Shown piece by piece: positions 1 to 8,512 of a stretch of DNA of 11,481 bases. Origin of the DNA: Salpingoeca rosetta (taxonomy: Eukaryota; Protista; Choanoflagellata); the NCBI GenBank assembly GCA_033442325.1, contig JAWQFM010000006.1, forward strand, positions 356,850 to 368,330, given 5' to 3'. The notes under the pieces were generated by a model. The model saw only the letters and a program-made list of their open reading frames with translations, was not told where the DNA came from and ran no database searches. Position 1 is the first letter of the stretch. Every line of letters starts with the position of its first letter. Made by a program: the position numbers and the translations under genes.

Positions 1-20
1 GAGAGTGAGTGAGTGAGTGA

Positions 21-69
<49 letters not shown>

Positions 70-122
70 TGAGTGAGTGAGTGAGTGTGTGTGTGTGTGT
101 GAGTGTGTGTGTGTGTGTGCGT
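1..122. repeat. (GAGT)n/(GT)n compound microsatellite
   Basis: Direct: alternating GAGT and GT runs from the window start. Confidence 0.97.
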
Positions 123-467
123 GTTTGTTTGTGCGTGGTGCCATCGAACTGTGTCGCTGCGCCAATGGGGCTGATCAGACAAGCAAGCTCTTCCTTCATG
201 TTGCTTCAGCCCACCCACTGTATCCGATCTCGCTTCCCTTGCTCGTATAGGTGGTTGTGACACACTCATGAAAGAGACAGTTGGCCTCCCCCCTGTTCCG
301 TGTGCCGTTTTTATTTGCCTTGTGTTCCTCATCATCGACTTACTCGTACTGGCATTCATTGACCTACCAAGCCCCTAGCCCTCCCTCCACCTCGCTCGCT
401 GACACCCTTTGAGCGAGTTTACTTCCCTCGCATTATACCGCCTGAAAAGCTGCCAAGCCGATAGGTG

Positions 468-513
468 CACACAACACGACACCACAACCCAACGACACAC
501 AACGACACACAAC

Positions 514-579
<66 letters not shown>
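468..579. repeat. (CA)n microsatellite preceded by degenerate ACACACAACG units
   Basis: Direct: imperfect repeats, then pure CA from about 516 to 579. Confidence 0.95.
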
Positions 580-580
<1 letters not shown>

Positions 581-683
581 CACTGCTTGCGAAGCTGCTC
601 GCATCGTTGCCAAAATCGCCACACTTGTTCCGTCACCCACAAGCACAACACCAATACGAACGAACGAACCGAAACAACACCCC

Positions 684-1099
684 ATGACGGTGTTGGATTC
701 GTCTGAGTCTGAGGTGGTTGACGGCACGTCGTCTCAGCATGGTGGCATTGAGACGGTCGCCGTGCCCACGCGCCGTGGCCCCCGACCCCCTTCAACCCAG
801 CTGCAGGACGAGTATGACTGGGAGACATGCATTGGCCTCTGCTGTGGCGGCTTCCTCTGCTGGCCATGCATTGGCAAGGAGAAGGCATCGGTGAGAGTAA
901 GCGGAGAGGGAGGTGCGAGAGGGTGAGGCAGTCGGGTAACAGAACACAACTATTGAGAGCAGTGGTGGAGGTGGAGCTACCACGGGCAGACTACCTCATG
1001 GCTGTGCTAACGCCTGCTCTCGTTCATATGCTTTCATGGTGGGGTTGGTCTCAGGAGTATGGCCGCTGCTTCCTGGCTGTTGTCCTGTGGTGCTGGTGA
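684..1099 (+). CDS. Small Cys-rich, probably tail-anchored membrane protein (CYSTM-like), 83 aa; exons 684-890 and 1055-1099
   Basis: ATG at 684, phase-0 donor GTGAGA at 891, branch-like GCTAAC at 1006-1011, acceptor TCAG ending 1054, TGA at 1097-1099. Spliced product: MTVLDSSESEVVDG...DEYDWETCIGLCCGGFLCWPCIGKEKAS|EYGRCFLAVVLWCW*. A polar N-terminus plus hydrophobic Cys-rich C-terminus is the CYSTM/cornifelin-type architecture. The family call is inference. Confidence 0.6.
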
Positions 1100-1627
1100 A
1101 TGAGGAGGCTGGGAGAATGGCGACCACTGCAATCACCCTCACTTCCCGCACCACCCGCGTGGCAACTGTCGCTCTTGCCTGTCCGCCCTCTTGCTTGTTT
1201 GTTTGAAATGCTTGAACCCTAACCAAGCCCGCTGGTGCTCCTTCCTTCTTTCCTTCTTGATGTTGTTGTTGGCTTGATTGTGTGTGCTGGCACCCTCCTC
1301 GCTCGCTCCTCAGCTTCTCTCTCCTTGCTTCCTTCTGCCCTGCGTTCGCCTGCTCATTCCCCTCACCCCGCCCTGCGTTCGGGCCCTCCTCCTGCTTCTG
1401 GTAAACGAACGAACCGACCAAACACTCAGTGGAGGGAAGGAGGGAGGTGGAGGTGTGTGGAGCGAGCAGTGGAGGAGGGCAGTCCTGTCGATCTCCAAAC
1501 AGCAAGCAACAAGCAAGCAACAAGCAAGAAGCAAGCCACGTTATTTCCTCCAAACAACAACCGCACAAAACTCACAGAAGCGAGTGAGCAGTGAACACAC
1601 ACGTCCCTGTTACGGCAAAGTAGGACG

Positions 1628-3837
1628 ATGGAGAGGAGACAGGCGAGGCTGCCGTGGTGGGCTGTGGCTGTGGTGGCTGCAGTCTTGCTTGTGGCTGCGT
1701 GCCCAACGCTGGCACAGGATGCAGACATCAGTGACGATGATGACGCTGGCGAAACACCAGAGTTCAACTCGTGCATTTTCAAGACCAACACCAAGGATGG
1801 TGGCATCGCCGAGTATGACATTTCCCCACTCCGCATCTCGTACGTGGTGCATGTGTCTGCGCGTGTGTGTATGAGAGAGAGTGTGTATGTGTATGTGTGT
1901 GTGTGTGTGTGCGTAAGCTCTCGCGTGGCTTTCATCCAAGTCACTTGCATGCGTGTACTCACTCACTCACACTACCTCTCTCACTCACTCACCTACACAC
2001 TCACCCACGCACACACACACACACACTCACACTCACACTCACACTCACACACTTGCACGTGTTGAAGGAACCGCGAGGACTTGCGTGGGCAGACCAGTAT
2101 TGATGTCAACTACCATGTGAAGGAGCGCTCCGAGGACCGCGAGTACGACTACTACCTCAACGTGTGCGAGACGCTGCACAACGCAGACCGCTACAACATC
2201 ACACCAGATGCAACCATGGCTCAGGTTCGCTCACCCCCTCCCCTCGGCATTGTTTTGTGCATGCGAGCTCGCGATACTGCAGCCACATATGGGGAGGCTG
2301 CATGGGCTGGTGTCACACGCTTCTCACACGCCTTCCTACTTCCCAACTTGCCCACGCTGTCGCACTCGCTCGCATGTCACGCACACGCTTCTTTTTTGCT
2401 TGCAGTTTGACAAGAAGACCCACTATCTCGGTGGCGTCTTGACAGAGGCGCGCATCACCAGTCTTGCCGGTGCGTATTTTACAGAGGCAGCCTCTCACGC
2501 TGGTGGCCAACGTGGCGCGCCTCCCCTTCACAGATACACACACACACACACACAGACACACACACGCACACACACACACACACACACAGACAAACGTTGC
2601 CGTGCACTCAACCATGTGTATGTGTTTTTGTATGTGTACATGTGTATGTATATGTGTATGTGCGTGCGTGTACATGTGTGTTTGCGTTCCGTGCGTCACA
2701 GATAGCGACCTGCGTTACATCATGGGCATGGGTGACGCCCGTCAGACCACCATCTTTTTCTTCTGCGCAAACGTCGGCTTGGTGAGACAGACGGGAGTGT
2801 GTGTGCATGTGGGCTTGTCTGTGCGTGTCTTTTTTGCGTGTGTGTGTGCATGCGTGTTTTCTTGTGGCCTTGCGCGTATGTGCTCACGCACACACGCACA
2901 CACGCACGCACGCACGCACACATCTTCACTAGTCCCACCCCGTGTTTGCCGCCGAGTCCATTTCGTCGACGCAAAGCGACTACTACTTTGTGTGGAACAC
3001 GTGCGCTGCCTGCCCAATCGGCAGTATCGAGCGCACCCACTGCGGCGAGAAGCCCTTCAGCCCGTGCAAGTTCCTTGGCATCGACACCGCCAACACCAGC
3101 CCCGTCTCCATCCTCTTCATCACGTACGTTCTCGCGCGCGTGTGTATGTGTGTGTGCATGTGTGTGTGTGTGCATGTGTGTGTGTGTGTGTGCGTGTGTG
3201 TGCGTGTGTGTCTGTGTGCTTGTGTATGGTACTTTCTACTTTCTCCCCTATCTGCCCTTTTGTGTTCTCCTGTCACGACTGCACCTCTGCTCACATTGCT
3301 TCATCAACACGTACACGAATGCAGCGTCTTTGCGCTGGTGTTTGCCTACTTCCTGTTTGGTTTTGTGTTCAACCGCGTTGTGCGGGGCGAGTCTGGCGCT
3401 GATGCAATTCCACACGCAGACGCCATCGTCAGCTGCTGCGGCTCAATCAAGGTGCGTGTGTGTGTGTGAGAGAAGTGAGTGAGTGCGTGTGTGTGTGAGA
3501 GAAGTGAGTGAGTGCGTGTGTGTGTGCGTGTGTGTGTGTGTGAATGAGTGCGTGTGTGAGTGTGTGTGTGTGAGTGTGTGAGAGTGTGTGTGAGTAAGTG
3601 CGTGAGTGCATGTGAGTGTGCATGGTTGTAAATGTGCTCGTTTCCCACAGCTTCCTGTCTCTCCGTTGAAGTTTGTGAGGCAGTGCACATCAAACCTGCC
3701 AGCGTTCGTCCTCCTTCCGCTCCCACTCACCATCCACCTGTTTTTCCTTTTCCCCTCATAACAGACGGGCCTCATCTTTGTGTTCACGTGCGGCCGTGGC
3801 GGTGTGCGATCCGCACAGCCAAAGGGCCCAGCATACC

Positions 3838-3901
<64 letters not shown>

Positions 3902-4136
3902 GTATGTGTATGTGGTTGTGAGCTGGTGCACACCACCATCTTCCGTTCCGAGCTGTCCTCCTGGGTGTCTTCTGCATCCCCGCACTTGTTTGTTATTCGG
4001 TCCACTCGGCCAACTTCCACTGACCCATGCATCCATGTCCACTGCCGCCATACAGAACCTGTCCACAACACTGAACCTTGCCGACTCGTCCGAATCTGAC
4101 CTCGATGACGACGCAAACGAGCAGCTCTACGAGTAG
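1628..4136 (+). CDS. M6PR: P-type lectin, cation-dependent mannose-6-phosphate receptor (CD-MPR)/ATG27-like type I membrane protein, 328 aa; exons 1628-1839, 2068-2224, 2406-2469, 2702-2781, 2933-3123, 3325-3451, 3765-3839, 4056-4136
   Basis: All 7 introns are GT-AG with matching phases (2,0,1,0,2,0,0), giving 987 nt open to TAG. Signal peptide: WWAVAVVAAVLLVAACPTLA. MRH domain motifs: YDISPL, YDYYLNVC, AQ, RQTTIFFFC, E, YYFVWNTCAAC. TM segment: SILFITVFALVFAYFLFGFVF. Juxtamembrane NRVVRGESGADAIPH resembles CD-MPR YQRLVVGAKGMEQFPH. The tail has YQNL and an acidic cluster. Confidence 0.85.
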
Positions 4137-4143
4137 ACGCCCA

Positions 4144-4145
<2 letters not shown>

Positions 4146-4206
<61 letters not shown>

Positions 4207-4222
4207 CTCTGTCTCTCTCTCT
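4146..4222. repeat. (CA)n followed by (CT)n microsatellite in the 3' UTR of the MPR-like gene
   Basis: Direct. Confidence 0.95.
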
Positions 4223-4725
4223 CGCTGCTTTGTTTCTTGGAGCACATGTGCTTGAACTCAACCTAGCCCTTTCATCAGCCTCTTGGGCGTTGTTCCTGTG
4301 TCATGCGTGTGGATTTTCCTTTGTACACTGAAACCCTTCCTCGTTGCTGTATGGCGTGACAGCATGCCAGCAGCACGTCGCTCCCCCTTCGCTTAGTTGT
4401 GGTTGTGGTTGTCTCAGGTGCAGTTTCGTTTCCCGTTGTTCCTCCCACAAATACACTATCCCGCGCGCGTCATGTCATACCACGCCATTCCATCGCACCA
4501 CAGCAGCGTCACTGTTGGCAGCAGGCACGATTCGGAGATGATGCCTGCGAAAGCACAAGTACCATTTATTTACTCGCGCGAACGACATCAGCATGTCAGC
4601 AGTTGATGGACAAACAACCACACGGGCAACAGAGGGCGCAGCATGCGCAGGCGACGCGTGTCGCAGCAGCAAGGAGCAGTGTGTGTGTGTGTACGTGACA
4701 TGGACCTAAGCTAACACGGGAACAA

Positions 4726-4765
4726 AGAGAGAGAGAGAGAGACAGAGACAGAGAGAGACAGAGAC

Positions 4766-4796
<31 letters not shown>

Positions 4797-4884
4797 GAGA
4801 GAGTGAGTGCGTGTGTGAGTGTGTGTGTGTGTGCGTGAGTGTGTGTGTATGTGTGCGTGCGTTGTGTTGCGTGCGCGCGTGCGT
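4726..4884. repeat. (GA/GACA)n and (GT)n compound microsatellite downstream of MOCS2A
   Basis: Direct. Confidence 0.93.
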
Positions 4885-4904
4885 GGGGAAGGCGAAAAGG
4901 AAGT

Positions 4905-5310
4905 TCAGCCACCAGAGATGGGTGGGATGAGGGCGATGGTATCGCTCGGCTTCAGCTCCAACTTGGCGTCCTTTTCCACATACTCTTCATTGACAGCCAG
5001 CACAACGGTGCCCAAGACCGGCTCAAGGCTACACATGAGCAGGTGCCACGCGTGTGAGGCGTGTGAGCCACAGCATGAAGCACAATGAGCAAGCAACCAT
5101 CCATGAGTGTGCGCTCGTATGAGTGCGCGCGCGTGTGTGTGTGCGTGTGTGGCAGCATGGCAAATGACAGCACACCCAAGGTGCACAAGGTGCACAAGCT
5201 ACGTCAGGTACACAGGCTACGTAAGGTACACAGGCTACGAAAGGGCCACACCCACACACCCACACACACAGACAGACAGACAGACAGACACACAGACAGA
5301 CAGACAGACA

Positions 5311-5363
<53 letters not shown>

Positions 5364-5567
5364 TGGGAACTTTGCTGCAATGGCTTGGAGAATGTGTGTT
5401 GCAGTGGTATTTGCGTGTGGCAAGTCCAACGTTGTCTCTGTCTGTCCGCTTCGCTCACGACACTCTGCAAACAACAGCACGGTCACCTGCACCCCACCCT
5501 CACCACTGCCATCACCGCTGCCATCACCATCACCACTGCTGCCTGTGTCCGCCCTTGTCGTCATCAT
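4905..5567 (-). CDS. MOCS2A: Molybdopterin synthase sulfur-carrier (small) subunit, MoaD/ThiS ubiquitin-like fold, 109 aa; exons 5567-5362 and 5028-4905
   Basis: Exon 1 ...VQVTVLLFAECRERSGQTETTLDLP...AIAAKFP with a phase-2 donor AG|GTGTGT at 5361. Acceptor TGTAG ends at 5029. Exon 2 (S)LEPVLGTVVLAVNEEYV...LELKPSDTIALIPPISGG*. The V-x-LFA, LAVNEEYV and C-terminal IPPISGG motifs are the MOCS2A/MoaD signature. Confidence 0.93.
5178..5249. repeat. Short 18-bp tandem repeat (about 3 copies, AAGGTACACAGGCTACGT) built from a 9-bp unit, inside the MOCS2A intron
   Basis: Direct: units at 5187, 5205 and 5223, with half units at 5178 and 5241. Confidence 0.85.
5250..5361. repeat. (CAGA)n/(CA)n microsatellite at the 5' end of the MOCS2A intron
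   Basis: Direct. Confidence 0.95.
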
Positions 5568-5647
5568 CGGCTTCGTTGATGTTGTCCTCCTGGACTAATG
5601 CGCACACAGTGTATGTTTCGCACATACAAGTGTTCTGTGCGCGCCAT
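5564..5647 (-). promoter_or_regulatory. Candidate 27-codon uORF with strong Kozak context, stop overlapping the MOCS2A ATG
   Basis: Minus strand CCACCATGG with ATG at 5647; translates MARTEHLYVRNIHCVRISPGGQHQRSR*. Its TGA (5566-5564) overlaps the MOCS2A ATG (ATGA). Whether the transcript includes it is unknown. Confidence 0.35.
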
Positions 5648-6585
5648 GGTGGATAGCCGCCCTCCAAAACCAAAACAACAGCACGAACAGCGCCACACGA
5701 CACATTCGCGCACCAAAACAGCAACACACGCACCCAGCCATCATCGCGCCCGACACACGAAATGGTAGGGTTTTATTTTTCTCGTTTGTGGTTGGATTTG
5801 AGTCGTGTGCAGGCTGCCCGGCAGCACCACGCCGGCCTTGCACATGCATCTGCGCTGGTTTGGGGTGCAAGGGTGACGCACACGCCCCAAGCAACCGCTG
5901 TCAAGTTGCATCTTTCGTGCAAATCGTCGGCAAAATAGAGGAAATTTCAACCACCATCATCGACGATGGGCGATGATGTTTTTGTGCCTCTAATTTCGAG
6001 GTGGTAAGCGATGACGATGAAAGGATGAAGGCGAGCTGCCACCAACTCACCAAAGCGGGCACGACAAGACATGCCCAAGCCGGTAACCAAGAAGCACCTG
6101 ACTCCTCAGGAGACCATGGAGATATGTGCGTGCCTGAGGGACATGAGGGGTCAGGGAACCCTGACAGAGAAAGGGAAACGCTTCTGGTTTTGCATGTGTA
6201 CATGCAGTTGAAATTGGCACACTTGGAGAACCGGAGGAAGTCCAAGGGCAAGCGCTCGAAGCCGAATGGCCAGGTCGATGAACATGCTGCTCAGCAGTTG
6301 GGGTATGTTGACACTCTTTTGTTAGTGTGCAAGCTGACGTGTCTGCATGTGTCAACTGTGACATGATTCATTCGCATGGCCGACCTCACTTCACTCTTTT
6401 ACCTCGGTCTGGAGCAACACAGGGTTGGCCTCAGCACCGTGCGTCGGAAGTATGCAATGCTCAACAAGCTGTTGCGAGAGCACGGCATAGATGTGAGTTG
6501 AGGAGATGTACCTGCTGTGGTCAACTCATACACCAGCGTGCTGTTTGTCTTAGATCTGTTCCTGTTGGCTCATATTCCATGTGCT

Positions 6586-6685
6586 NNNNNNNNNNNNNNN
6601 NNNNNNNNNNNNNNNNNNNNNNNNNNNNNNNNNNNNNNNNNNNNNNNNNNNNNNNNNNNNNNNNNNNNNNNNNNNNNNNNNNNNN
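6586..6685. other. Assembly gap (100 N)
   Basis: Direct. Confidence 1.
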
Positions 6686-6960
6686 CACGACAAAACGTGT
6701 GCTCAGGCAGGTTCGCGATCACGTGCGCATGCAGAGAGAAGGTGGACACCGCATCACGGCCGTACAGGTGCTTGACTGGACAGGGCGCTAGGGCGGCGGC
6801 TCTGCGGGCGGTGCAGCTGTTTTCTTCGTCGTGCGGGCTACCTTCGCGGCAACAATGCACGTTGTTCCAAGAGAACCCGAGGCACAAGCAGCTGCTCGCA
6901 AAGTATCTGAAGGAGTTTGATGCAAACAGGAGGTTGCCACCTGTCGAGCGCCTCAGAGAG

Positions 6961-6961
<1 letters not shown>

Positions 6962-7045
<84 letters not shown>
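6962..7045. repeat. (GT)n microsatellite at the 5' end of a transposase intron
   Basis: Direct; the intron ends at CTGTAG (7125), immediately before VYLDESY. Confidence 0.95.
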
Positions 7046-7046
<1 letters not shown>

Positions 7047-7380
7047 CCATGCTGCTGTGTTGTCGATGTTTCTTCGCATGTGCAATGTTCCCTTTTCGTG
7101 TCTCACGTGGCTCAATTGCCTGTAGGTGTATCTCGATGAATCATACATTGACAGGAACTACAACAGGAACAGAGACTCCCTGTATGACCCCAACGACGGT
7201 CAAGACATGCACAGTCATCGCAAGATCAAGCGGGGTCGGCGCTACTGCTTTGCCCTCGCAGTTCAGGGCCCGGATCCGCGCGTGTGCACCGTCAGTGACC
7301 GCAACGACCGCGCCCTCGCCGGTCCTGTTCCAGGCACGAGCTGGATCTTCGACCCTGGCAGCGCACTGCAGCGTGAGCGG

Positions 7381-7421
7381 CGACAACAACGACAACAACA
7401 ACGACAACAACAACGACAACG

Positions 7422-7476
<55 letters not shown>

Positions 7477-7540
7477 AACACACACAACGAACAACAACAG
7501 CAGCAGCAGCAGCCGCCACCATCATCACCATCACCACCAT
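7381..7540. repeat. (CAA/CGA)n, (CAG)n and (CCA/TCA)n trinucleotide repeats (poly-Q if exonic)
   Basis: Direct. Confidence 0.93.
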
Positions 7541-7627
7541 CGGCGTGTCTGCCTCCAATCCCTGCGAATTCCTCAGACTGACGGTGCAGGCGATGAGGAG
7601 CAGCCACAAGCATCGCAGTCATCAGCG

Positions 7628-7815
7628 CGCAAGTGCAGCCGGTGCAAGCAGCCAGGGCACACGCGGAAGAAGTGCCCCGTCGCTGAAGAAAACCTGCCTC
7701 AACAACCACAGAAGCAACCATCCACACGCAAGTGTGGTCGATGCAAGCAGCCAGGGCACACGCGGAAGAAGTGCCCCGTCGCTGACGAAGACCTCCCTGA
7801 GCAACCACAGCAACA
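7628..7815 (+). repeat. 99-bp tandem duplication encoding two CX2CX4HX4C zinc knuckles
   Basis: RKCSRCKQPGHTRKKCPV at 7628 and RKCGRCKQPGHTRKKCPV at 7727, near-identical at DNA level. Confidence 0.92.
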
Positions 7816-8317
7816 GCAGGGCCGTCCCCGGAAGCCTTCTCGTGGGAGCTTCCATACAGGGGACTATCATAAAGCCTTTAATTCTGACAACTTCATCAGC
7901 TGGTTCAAGGATGCGTTGCTGCCGAACCTGCACCAGCCGTCGCTCATCATCATGGACAACGCAGCGTACCACCGCACCCTCCCACCAGACACGCCAGTCC
8001 CGGGGAGAATGAAGAAAGCGGACGTCATTGCAGCTCTGCGAGCCAGGAACCTGACCGTGAGCGAGATTGACTTCTCCTGCGAGCTGAAAGACCGCCTGAA
8101 GTTGTGGGTGAAGAACCACGTCCAACCCGAGGTGGTGCAGCTGGCCGAGGCGCAAGGCCACAAGGTGCTCTTCTCCCCTCCGTGCTACAGCGACCTCAAC
8201 CCAATCGAGCTCGTGTGGGCGCTGATCAAGGGCAACGTCGGCCGCAGATACAGCCTCGATACAACCTTCGAGGATGTTGAAAGGCGTCTGGAGGAAGAAA
8301 TCCAACGCCTGGCAGAG

Positions 8318-8512
8318 NNNNNNNNNNNNNNNNNNNNNNNNNNNNNNNNNNNNNNNNNNNNNNNNNNNNNNNNNNNNNNNNNNNNNNNNNNNNNNNNNNN
8401 NNNNNNNNNNNNNNNNNNNNNNNNNNNNNNNNNNNNNNNNNNNNNNNNNNNNNNNNNNNNNNNNNNNNNNNNNNNNNNNNNNNNNNNNNNNNNNNNNNNN
8501 NNNNNNNNNNNN
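8318..8512. other. Assembly gap (195 N)
   Basis: Direct. Confidence 1.

Noticed and set aside
1-122. Telomeric repeat
   Set aside because: GAGT/GT runs recur inside introns (e.g. 3452-3620), so this is an ordinary microsatellite.
1097-1225. Selenocysteine readthrough of the TGA after WCW
   Set aside because: No recognisable SECIS element, and the downstream frame looks like UTR.
375-5600. Numerous ORFs with poly-(HT), poly-(VC) or poly-(CV) translations
   Set aside because: They are translations of CA/GT microsatellites in introns and UTRs, which lack stop codons.
5644-5680. Minus-strand VVLVLEGGYPPW resembling a rhodanese (L-x-GG-x3-W) or HDAC (VLEGGY) motif just upstream of a sulfur carrier
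   Set aside because: Tempting as a rhodanese-MoaD fusion, but no other rhodanese or HDAC sequence, no ATG and no convincing splice acceptor is present. The T/G-rich context looks like promoter or UTR.
7628-7815. Retroelement Gag insertion
   Set aside because: There is no capsid, protease, RT or LTR sequence, and the knuckles are in frame with the DDE domain.
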